From the NCBI GenBank assembly GCA_965227515.1, contig CBDDFZ010000001.1, positions 160,001 to 224,000 on the forward strand: a stretch of DNA of 64,000 nucleotides, given 5' to 3'. The notes beneath the pieces were generated by a model. That model ran no database searches. It worked only from the letters and a program-made list of their open reading frames with translations, and was not told the DNA's origin. Origin of the DNA: Alphaproteobacteria bacterium. Its GTDB lineage: Bacteria > Pseudomonadota > Alphaproteobacteria > CALKHQ01. The translations under genes were made by a program, and so were the position numbers. Below, piece after piece: positions 20,627 through 30,588 of this stretch (its first letter is position 1; every line of letters begins with the position of its first letter).

Positions 20627-21346
20627 CTATTGCGACGGCACGGGCTCGGGATCGAGCGGGCAGATGGCAGGGTTGAAAGGGTCGACCATGAAGCGGAACG
20701 CCTCCAGCGCCATCCACAAATGACCGGTGCGGATCTGGCTCGCCCCTTCCTGCAAGGCGATGGTCTGGGCATAGCCGATCATGGCGAACGCGCCGCGCGC
20801 CAGGGTCTCGTCGAACAAGTCCAGGTCCTTGGTCGCCAGCGCCGGGACGTTGCCCTCCAACAGCCCGAACAGCATGAGCTGGCCGCCGGTATCGATGGGC
20901 AGTTCCGCCGCCAGCGTCTCCGGCATGATCGCCCAGGCATCCAGGTCGACCGTGCGCATGTCGTGGCGCGGACCTTCGAACGGGCATTCGATCGGCGACT
21001 GCATGGCCAGAAAGTACGGCTCCAGCTCCGCCTTGTCGGGCAGGTCGGTGCGGCCCTTGTTCCATTCCTCCAGGAACTTGCGCAACGCCTCCATGCGCGC
21101 GTCGGCAAAGGCGGCATTGAGGTTGCGGTAGGTGCCGTCGTCCTGAATGAAGCTGTTGCCCTGGGCAGCCGCGCCGCCGGCATGGGCGCCAAGCCCGGCG
21201 CAGACCGTCACGGCAAGGAGTGCGGCCCGCCCCGACCGTAACCGCCAGGGACGCAAAGCTCGGGGCCGCGCGCGCCCGGCGCCCTCGATCTCGGCATCTC
21301 CCCTGCCTTGGCCCCGATACGGCCAGCTCCCACGCGGATCGGACAT
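20627..21346 (-). CDS. Hypothetical exported protein
   Basis: Coding-like GC3; hydrophobic stretch ending in AAA-Q; start uncertain. Confidence 0.55.
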   Translation of the reverse strand: MSDPRGSWPYRGQGRGDAEIEGAGRARPRALRPWRLRSGRAALLAVTVCAGLGAHAGGAAAQGNSFIQDDGTYRNLNAAFADARMEALRKFLEEWNKGRTDLPDKAELEPYFLAMQSPIECPFEGPRHDMRTVDLDAWAIMPETLAAELPIDTGGQLMLFGLLEGNVPALATKDLDLFDETLARGAFAMIGYAQTIALQEGASQIRTGHLWMALEAFRFMVDPFNPAICPLDPEPVPSQ

Positions 21347-21429
21347 CTCATACTGCCATCGGGCGTTTCGTTGCAATTTTGTCATGCTACGCGAAGAGGC
21401 TGCTGCCGGACAACGCCGGTTATCGCCCG

Positions 21430-22626
21430 TCAGCGCGCTTCCGCCCAGTCCATCAGGCGGCGCATGAAGGCGATACACTGATCGACCTGCGCGATATCGA
21501 TGAACTCGTCCGGCTTGTGCGCCTGTTCGATGTGGCCGGGCCCGCAGATCACCGTCGGCACGCCCGCTTCCTGGAACAGCCCGGCTTCCGCGCCATAGGA
21601 GACCACGAACGTCGTGTTGGCGCCGGCCAAGTGCATGGCCAGGGATTCCGCCGCCGAGCCCTGTTCCGGCCGCAGCGCCGGGATCGACACCCGCCGCTTG
21701 GTCACCACGCCGACATCGGCGTCCAGGTCGATGCCGGGCGCGTCCCCCACCGCCAGCATCTCCGGCACGATCTCGGCATTGACGAAGTCGTCGATGCGCG
21801 CGGCGAGCGGAATGGGGTCCTCGTCCGGCAGGGCGCGGATCTCCCACTCGAAGGCGCATTTCTTCGGGATGATGTTGAGCGCCGTGCCGCCGTGGATGGT
21901 GCCGATGTGGACGGTCGAGTGCGGCGGCACGAACTCATTCGCCGGGTCGCCGGCATCGCGCAGCTCGTCGGCCAGCGCCTGCAGGCGCGCGATGATGCGC
22001 GCGGCGTAGACGATGGCGTTGACCCCGGCATGGGTACGGCTGGAATGGGCCTGGTGGCCGGTGACGGTGGTCTGGAACGCCGCAATGCCCTTGTGCGCGC
22101 TGCACACCTGCATGCCCGTGGGCTCGCCGACGATGACCGCGATCGGCGCGATCTCCGGCTCGTCGAACGCCGGCAGCATGCCGCGCACCCCGATGCAGCC
22201 GACCTCCTCGTCGTAGGAGACCGCCAGATAGACCGGCACCTTCAGCGCACGAGCCTGGAACTCGCCGGCAAGTGCCATCACCACCGCGATGAAACTCTTC
22301 ATGTCCGAGGTGCCGCGCCCGAAAAGCCGCCCGTCGCGGGTGACCATCCGGAACGGGTCGCTGGACCAGTCCTGCCCCTCGACCGGCACCACGTCGCTGT
22401 GGCCGGAGAGCACCACGCCGCCGGGCTTCTCGGGGCCGAAGCGGGCCAGCACGTTGGCCTTGGCGCCGTCCGGGCTCTCGAAGCGCCGGGTCGGCACGCC
22501 GGCCTCGGCAAGCGTGCGCTCGACGAATTCGATCAGGTCCATATTGGAACGATGGGACACCGTGTCGTAGCCGATGAGTGCGCCGATCATGTCGCACGTC
22601 GCGTTCAACATCGGGTCCGTCATCAT
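21430..22626 (-). CDS. argE: Acetylornithine deacetylase (M20 family)
   Basis: SGHSDVVP, GRGTSDMK, YDEEVGC, GEPT and AHKPDEF motifs. Confidence 0.92.
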   Translation of the reverse strand: MMTDPMLNATCDMIGALIGYDTVSHRSNMDLIEFVERTLAEAGVPTRRFESPDGAKANVLARFGPEKPGGVVLSGHSDVVPVEGQDWSSDPFRMVTRDGRLFGRGTSDMKSFIAVVMALAGEFQARALKVPVYLAVSYDEEVGCIGVRGMLPAFDEPEIAPIAVIVGEPTGMQVCSAHKGIAAFQTTVTGHQAHSSRTHAGVNAIVYAARIIARLQALADELRDAGDPANEFVPPHSTVHIGTIHGGTALNIIPKKCAFEWEIRALPDEDPIPLAARIDDFVNAEIVPEMLAVGDAPGIDLDADVGVVTKRRVSIPALRPEQGSAAESLAMHLAGANTTFVVSYGAEAGLFQEAGVPTVICGPGHIEQAHKPDEFIDIAQVDQCIAFMRRLMDWAEAR

Positions 22627-22645
22627 CCCTCCTGCAACAGTGGGC

Positions 22646-24094
22646 CTACGCGCGCCAGAACGCAGGCGTGAACAGAATCAGTATCGTGAACAGTTCCAGC
22701 CGCCCGAGCAACATGCCAAACGACAACAGCCACTTCGCCGCATCGGGCAGCGTGCCGAAGTGGGTCGACGGGCCGATGCGCTCGCCCAGCCCCGGCCCGA
22801 CATTGGCGATCGCGGTCGCCGCCCCCGACACGCTGGTCAGGAAGTCCAGCCCCATGATGCCCAACGCCATCGCCAGGAAGCCGAACGACACCGCGTAGAT
22901 GTAGAAGAACGCCATCACCGAGACCTGCACCTGCTCGGAGATCGGCTTGCCGTTATAGTAGGCGATGAAGACGCCATGGGGCTGCAGCAGGCGGCCGAGC
23001 TGGGCCTTGGCGGTCTCATAGAGCACCTGGTAGCGGAAGATCTTGATGCCGCAGGTGGTCGAGCCGGCGCAGCCGCCGGTGAACATCAGCAGGAAGAACA
23101 CGGTCACCGCGAACGTGCCCCACAGGCCGTAGTCCGCGGTGGAATAGCCGGTGCCGGTGATGATCGACACCACGTTGAACGTCGAGTAGCGGGCGGCCAG
23201 CCCCGGCGTCAGCCCGTTGGCCAGCCACAGCCACAGGAACATGGTGACCGCAGCCAGCGCCACCATCGACAGGAACCACTGCACCTGGCTGTCGCGCAGG
23301 ATGGCCAGCAGGTCGCCGCGCACGAACTTCAGGTAGAGCAGGAACGGCAGGCTGCCCAGCAGCATGAACACGGTCGCCGTGGCGTCGATCAGCCCGCTGT
23401 CGAACTTGCCGATGGAATCGTCGGAAGTGGAGAAGCCGCCGGTCGCGATGGTCGTCATCGCGTGGATGATGGCCTCGAACCCGGTCATGCCGAACGCCCA
23501 GTAGAGCAAGGCGCAGGCCACGGTCATGACGAAATAGACGGTGCCGATGGCGCCGGCGATCTGGGTGGCGCGCGGCAGCGCCTTTTCCGACGTATCGGAG
23601 GATTCCAGCCGGAACAGCTGCATGCCGCCGACCTGCAGCACCGGCAGCACCGCCATCGCCATCACGATGATGCCGATGCCGCCCATCCATTGCAGCAGGC
23701 CGCGCCAGAGCAGAATGCCGGGCGGCGCATCGTCGAGCTCCCACATCACGGTGGAGCCGGTGGTGGTGATGCCCGACATCGCCTCGAAGAAGGCGTCAGT
23801 GAAGCTCATGTCCAGGTCGGCCAGCGCGAACGGGATGCTGGCGAACAGGGTGAGCGCCAGCCAGCTTGTCGCGGTCAGCAGGAACGCCTGGCGCAGATTG
23901 ACCCGGAAGCGCCCGACCTGATTGGTCAGGATCATTGAGACGCCGACAAAAACCGTAATGACGGCGGAAAGCGCAAACGACTGCCAGTCCTCGTTGCCGG
24001 CCGCCAGGTCGGCGATCATCGGCAGCAGCATGGTGACCGACAGTGTGGAGAGAAGCGCGCCGACAACCAGCAGGATGGGACGAATATCGAGCAT
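22646..24094 (-). CDS. trkH: Trk potassium uptake membrane protein
   Basis: P-loop motifs SGITTTG, TIATGGF, GCAGSTTCGIK, ANVGPG and GRLE. Confidence 0.93.
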   Translation of the reverse strand: MLDIRPILLVVGALLSTLSVTMLLPMIADLAAGNEDWQSFALSAVITVFVGVSMILTNQVGRFRVNLRQAFLLTATSWLALTLFASIPFALADLDMSFTDAFFEAMSGITTTGSTVMWELDDAPPGILLWRGLLQWMGGIGIIVMAMAVLPVLQVGGMQLFRLESSDTSEKALPRATQIAGAIGTVYFVMTVACALLYWAFGMTGFEAIIHAMTTIATGGFSTSDDSIGKFDSGLIDATATVFMLLGSLPFLLYLKFVRGDLLAILRDSQVQWFLSMVALAAVTMFLWLWLANGLTPGLAARYSTFNVVSIITGTGYSTADYGLWGTFAVTVFFLLMFTGGCAGSTTCGIKIFRYQVLYETAKAQLGRLLQPHGVFIAYYNGKPISEQVQVSVMAFFYIYAVSFGFLAMALGIMGLDFLTSVSGAATAIANVGPGLGERIGPSTHFGTLPDAAKWLLSFGMLLGRLELFTILILFTPAFWRA

Positions 24095-24161
24095 GAGGCG
24101 TCAGCGGCAGTCGGTCTGGCGTGGCCGAGGCTGGCAGGTCAAGGGAGCCGCGCCAACCTGA

Positions 24162-24554
24162 TCAGTTCAACCGGCCGCGCGCGTCGGGCAGGTCTAGCGG
24201 AAATGCGGGGATGGCGATATCGAGACGCTCTCCCTCGCTGCTGATCATCTCGTAGGTCCCGACCATGAAGCCCGACGGCGTGTCGAGCGGCGCGCCGCTG
24301 GTGTATTCGAACGACTCGCCGGGGCCCAGCACCGGCTGTTCGCCGACCACGCCCTCGCCACGCACCTCGTGCACGCGGCCGAAGGCGTCGGTGATCCGCC
24401 AGTAGCGATTGCGCAACTGCACGGTGTGGGCGCCGTCATTGGCGATGCGCACGTGGTAGGCCCAGACGTAATGATGATCGTCGGGCGACGATTCGTTGGG
24501 CAGGTAGACCGGCTTCACGGTGACCGAAATGGAATGGGTGCACGACGTATACAT
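24162..24554 (-). CDS. apaG: ApaG protein
   Basis: RYWRITD..G....V.GEGVVGEQP.L.PGESFEYTSG motif. Confidence 0.95.
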   Translation of the reverse strand: MYTSCTHSISVTVKPVYLPNESSPDDHHYVWAYHVRIANDGAHTVQLRNRYWRITDAFGRVHEVRGEGVVGEQPVLGPGESFEYTSGAPLDTPSGFMVGTYEMISSEGERLDIAIPAFPLDLPDARGRLN

Positions 24555-24979
24555 GACTGGCCTCGCCTCTCGGGCCGATAGCGCGGGCCGCGCGGCACAT
24601 GGCGCCGACACGGCAGCGGGCAGGGCCCGACACTTCCGCCGCTCGCCATAAGGTCCCAGACCGTTGTCGCGATCGACGGTGCGCAAGCATTCTGCCGCCG
24701 ACGCGGCCACACGCATTGCGCCGGGCCATTTCATACCCATGCGCCGCCGGGCGCAAGCCGCATCGCGTGCCTGGAGGCGATAATTGTACGTAACCGTGCG
24801 ACGTCGAGCCTGTGCGATCAGGCGCACGCGTACGGCAGGCCACCGTTCAGGCGGTCGCGTACACGCGACGTACTCAACGGGCGGCCTGCCATCGACGGCA
24901 GGCGCCCCATGCCGAAGAGCCGCGCGGACCGGGCACGCATGACGCGCGCCCGATCCGCATGGCTATCATTCTCAGCCCA

Positions 24980-25021
24980 GTGAACGCTACTGGGTGAACG
25001 CTACCCGGCAAACGCTACTGG
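24980..25021. repeat. 3 x 14-bp tandem repeat overlapping the stop codon of the minus-strand gene
   Basis: GTGAACGCTACTGG / GTGAACGCTACCCG / GCAAACGCTACTGG. Confidence 0.8.
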
Positions 25022-26589
25022 GCGGGCGCGTCCTCGGTCGGGGCCTCTTCCGCCGGCAGCATCAAGTCCAGCCGGCCGGAGTCCGCCGGTGCCTCGCTGT
25101 CGCCCGGCGCCGGCTCGGTTGGCGTCTCGGGGTCGGGCGCCGGCATGCTGGCGCCATCCGACTCCATCGACACCGAGACCGAGTAGTCGCTCTCGCCGTC
25201 GAACGCGTAGACGTGGATGTAGTACTGGCCCTCGCCGACCGCGGTGGCGATCACCTCGTCGGCGACACCATTGTTGTTGGACATCGCGACGATGGCGCCA
25301 TTGGCATCCAGCAGTTCCACGTCCAGGTCGTTCGACAGGCCGGTGACCTCGACCACGATGTTGCCCGCGCCACCCGACGTGAACGCATAGTAGTCGTCGC
25401 TGTCGGCCAGCCCCAGCCAGTCGCCGGCCTCCAGGCCGTCGGCACCGATCATGCCGAGGTCGTTGGCCGCGTCCATGTTGTTGCCGGCACCGTCAGCCGG
25501 CGGCGGCTCGGACGACGCGGTGGACACCTCCAGCGTGTAGTCGCTCTGGCCCGAGTAGACGAAGGCGTGGACGTAGTAGGTGCCCGGCCCCACGACGACC
25601 GTCACCACCTCTTCGGTGTTGCCGCCATTGTCGGAAATCTGAAGCATGTCGCCATTGTCGTCGACGATCTCCAGGTCCATGTCCGACTGCAGGCCGCTCA
25701 GGATCGCCGTGACCTCGGTGAAGTCCTCGACGGTGATGCTGAACCAGTCCTCATAGTCGGTCACGTCCAACCGCTCGTAGAACACCGCCGAGCCGGTCGA
25801 CAGGTCCAGCGGTTCCGCCGTCTCCATCGTGTTGCCGACGGTGTCCGGCGGCGGCGGGTCGGTGGGCTCCGAATACAGGTAGAGCGTGTAGTCGCTGGTC
25901 GCGCTCTCGAAAGAGTAGATGTGGATGTAGTAGCGGCCGGCCGGGATGATCTGCTGCACGTATTCGGGGCTGGCGCCGGCCACCTCCGATGCGCCCATGA
26001 TCTGCTCGTATTCGTCCAGCAGCAGCAGGTCGATGTCGCCGCTCAGATTCTCCAGCGCCAGGTCGACGAAGGTCCAGTCGGTGACCTCGAAGGTGTAGTA
26101 GTCGTCGATGTCGTTGCCGCTGACCCCGTCTTCCAGCACCAGGTCGGCGATGGAATCGAGCACGCCCAGGTCGTGGGCGTCATAGATGGTGTTGCCGGCG
26201 CCATCGGCACCGCCCGCGCCATTGTCGGGCCCGGCGCCACTGCCGCCGCCGCTCTGGCCGCCGCCGGGACCGACCAGTTGGCCGGACGTCAGGTTGCCCG
26301 CCCACATGTAGCCGATCTGGCCGTCATAGAGCTCGACCCGCAGCCATTCGGTGCCTTCGACGATGCCGGTCACGGTGACCGGGTCGCCGAGCCGGAACAC
26401 GTCGATGATGTAGGACCCCGTGCTCGGCCCTTCGCGCACATTGGCTTCGAACCAGGTGACGTAGTAGATGCCGTCGATCTCCTGCACCGATGGTGCCAGG
26501 TCTTGCGCGGTTGCTACCGAGGTCAGCGCCGTTGCAGCGGTCAATGCGGCCGCCAGGCAGGTGTATTTGATGCGTCGTTGAATGGACAT
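25015..26589 (-). CDS. Secreted protein with a bacterial SH3 domain and three PPC (pre-peptidase C-terminal) domains
   Basis: Signal peptide; ANVREGPST...W..V SH3b motif; three D.DDYY.F...L.GL..D.DL.L.D...G.YYIH..F repeats. Confidence 0.8.
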   Translation of the reverse strand: MSIQRRIKYTCLAAALTAATALTSVATAQDLAPSVQEIDGIYYVTWFEANVREGPSTGSYIIDVFRLGDPVTVTGIVEGTEWLRVELYDGQIGYMWAGNLTSGQLVGPGGGQSGGGSGAGPDNGAGGADGAGNTIYDAHDLGVLDSIADLVLEDGVSGNDIDDYYTFEVTDWTFVDLALENLSGDIDLLLLDEYEQIMGASEVAGASPEYVQQIIPAGRYYIHIYSFESATSDYTLYLYSEPTDPPPPDTVGNTMETAEPLDLSTGSAVFYERLDVTDYEDWFSITVEDFTEVTAILSGLQSDMDLEIVDDNGDMLQISDNGGNTEEVVTVVVGPGTYYVHAFVYSGQSDYTLEVSTASSEPPPADGAGNNMDAANDLGMIGADGLEAGDWLGLADSDDYYAFTSGGAGNIVVEVTGLSNDLDVELLDANGAIVAMSNNNGVADEVIATAVGEGQYYIHVYAFDGESDYSVSVSMESDGASMPAPDPETPTEPAPGDSEAPADSGRLDLMLPAEEAPTEDAPAQ

Positions 26590-26668
26590 GAACTCCGCTC
26601 GCGTCTTCTTGTGACAGGACGGCAGGCCCGCGGGGGCCGCGTTCCGGGGGCATCTGGCCGGTCCGCTA

Positions 26669-26792
26669 GATCAAGATCGGCTCACGCCACAGTCTGCGCC
26701 AGCCTTCTCCCCCTCACGGCCGCCCAACGATTTTATCCTGCTGGGGGACCGGGAGGGGGAGAAGGCCAGTGCCGACTTGAGTGACCAAGCTC
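26669..26792. mobile_element. ~124-bp TA-flanked MITE (inverted homologue of 1082-1203)
   Basis: CTA-GATCAAG...CAAGCTC-TAG ends; same internal hairpin. Confidence 0.7.
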
Positions 26793-27047
26793 TAGCATGG
26801 ACGCCGGCAATCAAGCGACACAATGTGGCGTTTTCAGCGCCGTTGCAAGGCGCACGCGAGGCGATTTCGCGCTGCGATTGCGAACCCCGCCGGCGTGTCG
26901 GGCCAGACCCGACGTTTGTGCGAGACCACCACATGATGGCCGGTTTTGCTGGCATGATGACCGCGATTCGGGTGCCGGCGCGTTGCCGTCGAGCGTAAGC
27001 GTCGGCGCCCGAGACAGGCCCGATACGACACCCAGGAAGGAAGAGAC

Positions 27048-27776
27048 ATGCTCGACCAAATGCGCGCCGCCGTCATCGCACTCTCCGCGGCACTGGCTGC
27101 TCTCGCCACCCTGCCTGCAACCGGGCACGCGCAAAGCGGCCCCATCGAGCTGAACGAGCTGACGGTCCAGCGCCTGGAGACCCCGGTGCTGGAGTGGCTG
27201 GCCGGGCAAGGCGCCGATACGCGGCCCGACGTCGTCTTCAGCCGATCAGACCTGCTTAGCGGGCTGGATTGGTCGAAAGAAACGATGCTGGAGGAGCTGG
27301 GACGCCGATTCGAACTGGAATCGCAAGGCATCGAGGTGTCCGAGGACCGGATGAGTTTCAGCGAGTTCAGCCAGTATGTGGTCGACCTCGGCATGTCGAA
27401 CGAGGTCGATCTCGATGAGATCGAGGACACGCAGAACGACAACGTGATCGATCTGGACAGTATCGAAAGCGACGGCGAGGACTCGGCGGGGGCGACCTGC
27501 AAGGATGTCCGGGTCCTCAGCCTGGCCACCATCCTCACCATGGTGCAGCCCGGCATGGAGGATGCCTTGCGGCCGGCGCTGGGCGAGCGGGCGGCGCGCT
27601 TCGCCGCCATCGGCGAAGAGATCATTCTGGCGGAAGGACCCGACTGCATCGTCCGTTTCGCCAGCCGCGAGGTCACCCTGGGCGAGGCGGTCGCGCGTCT
27701 GCACATGATTGCGGGCACCGGGCTGTCCGCCGACGACGACCAGGACGCGCCGCCGCAGCCCGACGGGCAGAGCTAG
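27048..27776 (+). CDS. Hypothetical acidic secreted protein
   Basis: AGGAAGG RBS; signal peptide ending in GHA-Q; coding-like codon use. Confidence 0.7.
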   Translation: MLDQMRAAVIALSAALAALATLPATGHAQSGPIELNELTVQRLETPVLEWLAGQGADTRPDVVFSRSDLLSGLDWSKETMLEELGRRFELESQGIEVSEDRMSFSEFSQYVVDLGMSNEVDLDEIEDTQNDNVIDLDSIESDGEDSAGATCKDVRVLSLATILTMVQPGMEDALRPALGERAARFAAIGEEIILAEGPDCIVRFASREVTLGEAVARLHMIAGTGLSADDDQDAPPQPDGQS

Positions 27777-27818
27777 AGCCAGAGCTAGAGCTAGAGCTAG
27801 AGCTAGAGCTAGAGCTAG
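27769..27818. repeat. Hexanucleotide microsatellite (AGAGCT)8, one unit AGAGCC
   Basis: Read directly; contains 7 CTAG sites. Confidence 0.95.
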
Positions 27819-27894
27819 CGATGCGTGGCCGAAGCGGCGGCGCCCCCGCAATAGCGGTGATGACGCGCGCGCGCCGGTCGGGCAAGATCACCGG

Positions 27895-29598
27895 ATGTCC
27901 AGCCCCGATCCCTTGAACGCCGCCACCTACTACGTCGCCGACGGGTACGACACCGACAATCGGACGCTGATGGGCCGGCGCGCGGCCGGCGAGGCCTATC
28001 TGCGGGCATTCGTCCGCCACGGCGGTGTGTCCCCGCTCTATTGCCTGACCCCCAGCGAAGCGGCGTTCCAGGCGTTCCGCACCCAGGTCGCCGGGTTCGC
28101 CGATAACCCGCCGGCGGCGGAGCATCTGTCGCTCGGCGATCACAGGGCCATCGCGCGCGCCGGCACCGTGTTCTATCCCGGGCCGGATATCGCACGGCTG
28201 GCCTGGCCGCGCGAGCCGGACCACGCCGCCGCCTACAGCCTGTGCGGGGTCACCCACACCACAGCGTCGCACGGGGTGATGGATGCCATCGGCGCGCTGG
28301 TGCACGCCCCGCTCTATGACTGGGACGCGCTGATCTGCACCAGCCGCGCGGTGCGCCAGACCATCGAATGCGTGCTGGGCACCATGTCGGAGCAGCAGCA
28401 GGCGCGCTACGGCACTCCACTGGCCTGCCGGGTGCAATTGCCGATCATTCCGCTTGGCGTGGAGTGCGCGATCTACGCCCAGGGCCGCGAGGCGCAGCGC
28501 CTGCGCGCCGGCTTCCGCCAGCGGCTCGGCATCGGCGACGGCGACATCGCGGTGCTGTCGCTCAGCCGGCTGAGCTATCACGGCAAGGCGCATCCGCTGC
28601 CGATGTTCGTCGCCCTGGAGGCGGCGGCCAAGTCGCAGCCCCGCCCGGTCCACCTGATCCTGGCCGGCTGGTTCTCCAACGACGCCCTCAAGCGGCATTT
28701 CGCGGCGGCCGCCGCGGCACTCTGCCCGTCGGTGAAGGTCCACATGGTCGACGGCCGCGACCGGACCGTGCGCACCGGCATCTGGTTCGCGGCCGAGATC
28801 TTCTCGCTGATGTCCGACAACATCCAGGAGACCTTCGGCCTGGCACCGCTGGAGGCGATGGCCGCGGGGCTGCCGGTGGTGGCGACGGACTGGAACGGCT
28901 TTCGCGAGACCGTGCGCGATGGCGAGGACGGCATCATGGTGCCGACCTGGATGCCCGGCCCCGGATATGGCGCGGACCTCGCCATGCGCCACGACCTGGG
29001 CGTCGAGAGCTACGACCGCTACATCGGCGCGGCCAGCCAGGCGACCGCCGTCGACATCAGCGCCACGCGCGAGGCGTTCGCCAGCCTGATCGCCAACCCG
29101 GGGCTGCGTACGAGCATGGGCGAGGCCGGGCAGGCCCGGGCGCGCCAGGAGTTCGATTGGCCGGTGATCATCCGCCGCTATCAGGAACTGTGGGCCGAAC
29201 TGGCGGCCCGGCGCGCCGTCGGCGACCGAACGGCAACTTCGGTCGACCTGCCACCGGCACCGCCCGGCGGCCACAACAACCCGGTCCGCGACGACCCGTT
29301 CCGTGCCTTCGCCGGCTATCCGACCCACCTGATCGGGCCGCGCACCATGTTCCAGGCGGCCGACGGCGAACAGGCGCGCGCGACCGCCAAGCTGGTGCGC
29401 CGTCTCGACATGAATGTCTTCTCGCGCGCGGTGCTACCCAGCGACGCCACCCTAGATGCAGTGGTCGAGCGGCTGATCGCCAATGGCGCCACCGCCGCCC
29501 AGGACCTGGTCGAGGCCATCGGTCCCGACCACGAGCCCACCTTCTATCGCGGCCTCGGCTGGCTGGCGAAGATGGGCATCGCCGAGATCGTCTCCTGA
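27895..29598 (+). CDS. Glycosyltransferase family 4 (GT-B)
   Basis: RLSYHGKAHP, SDNIQETFGLAPLEAMAAGLPVVATDWNG motifs. Confidence 0.88.
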   Translation: MSSPDPLNAATYYVADGYDTDNRTLMGRRAAGEAYLRAFVRHGGVSPLYCLTPSEAAFQAFRTQVAGFADNPPAAEHLSLGDHRAIARAGTVFYPGPDIARLAWPREPDHAAAYSLCGVTHTTASHGVMDAIGALVHAPLYDWDALICTSRAVRQTIECVLGTMSEQQQARYGTPLACRVQLPIIPLGVECAIYAQGREAQRLRAGFRQRLGIGDGDIAVLSLSRLSYHGKAHPLPMFVALEAAAKSQPRPVHLILAGWFSNDALKRHFAAAAAALCPSVKVHMVDGRDRTVRTGIWFAAEIFSLMSDNIQETFGLAPLEAMAAGLPVVATDWNGFRETVRDGEDGIMVPTWMPGPGYGADLAMRHDLGVESYDRYIGAASQATAVDISATREAFASLIANPGLRTSMGEAGQARARQEFDWPVIIRRYQELWAELAARRAVGDRTATSVDLPPAPPGGHNNPVRDDPFRAFAGYPTHLIGPRTMFQAADGEQARATAKLVRRLDMNVFSRAVLPSDATLDAVVERLIANGATAAQDLVEAIGPDHEPTFYRGLGWLAKMGIAEIVS

Positions 29599-29686
29599 CT
29601 ATCCGATTCAACGCAGTCGTGATGTGACCGGGAAGCGGCCAGTCGCTTAGCGTGGCCGCCATCCGCTTGGCAGGGGAACCATCGAC

Positions 29687-30547
29687 ATGACGACTGTTCG
29701 GTTGTTTGTGACCGGCGTGGCTTTCGGCGTCCTGGTCTCGGCCAGCGCGCTTGCGCAGGAGGCGATGCCGGACTGCGGCGGCGTCGACGCGCCCTGCACC
29801 GTGCCGCTGGGCGAGTTCTACATCGCTGCGCCGCAAGAACCGGCCGACGAAACGGCCAGCCCCATCGTCATCTACCTGCACGGCGGCGGCTCGTCCGGCG
29901 CCTCCCTGATGCGCAACCGCGGCATCGTCGACGCGATGACCGCGCGCGGCTATGTCGTCATCGCCCCCAACGGCGCGATCCCCGAGGGCCGGGACCGGCC
30001 AAGCTGGTCGTTCGGCAGCTTCCGCCCGCCGACCCGCGACGAGGCCGCCTTCATGGGCGAGTTGATCGGCTATGCCGCCAACGCCTATGGCGGTGATCCC
30101 GACCGCGTGCTGCTGACCGGGTTCTCCATCGGCGGCTCGATGGTGTGGCGGCTGGCCTGCGACGCGCCCGAGATGTTCGCCGCGTTCGCGCCGATCGCCG
30201 GCGGCTTCTGGCGCCCGTTCCCGGAGGATTGCGCCGGCCCGGTCAAGCTGCTGCACACCCATGGCTGGACCGACCAGACTGTGCCGCTGGAAGGCCGCCC
30301 CCTGCGCCCGGAGATCGAGCAGGGCGACATCTGGGAGGGCATGCAGACCTGGCGCCGCGAGAATGGCTGCGCCAAGCTGCGCGCCGACGAGTTCGAGTTC
30401 GTCGGCGATTTCTGGCACCGCATCTGGACCTCGTGCGACGAGGGCACCGCCCTGGAGTTCGTGCTCCATCCCGGCGGCCACAGCATTCCGCCCGGCTGGA
30501 CCGCCATGACGCTCGACTGGTTCGAGGAAGTAACGAAGGCGGAGTAA
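29687..30547 (+). CDS. Secreted alpha/beta hydrolase, PHB depolymerase/LpqC-like esterase
   Basis: YLHGGG, GFSIGG, HTHGWTDQTVPLEGR and HPGGH motifs. Confidence 0.82.
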   Translation: MTTVRLFVTGVAFGVLVSASALAQEAMPDCGGVDAPCTVPLGEFYIAAPQEPADETASPIVIYLHGGGSSGASLMRNRGIVDAMTARGYVVIAPNGAIPEGRDRPSWSFGSFRPPTRDEAAFMGELIGYAANAYGGDPDRVLLTGFSIGGSMVWRLACDAPEMFAAFAPIAGGFWRPFPEDCAGPVKLLHTHGWTDQTVPLEGRPLRPEIEQGDIWEGMQTWRRENGCAKLRADEFEFVGDFWHRIWTSCDEGTALEFVLHPGGHSIPPGWTAMTLDWFEEVTKAE

Positions 30548-30588
30548 GGTTTTACCGGCGTTTAAGCCGGATCGCGGACACTGGGCGC

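Noticed and set aside
27709-27894. N-terminal ARARAR extension of the glycosyltransferase
   Set aside because: It comes from translating the microsatellite and overlaps the upstream gene; ATG 27895 is the more plausible start.
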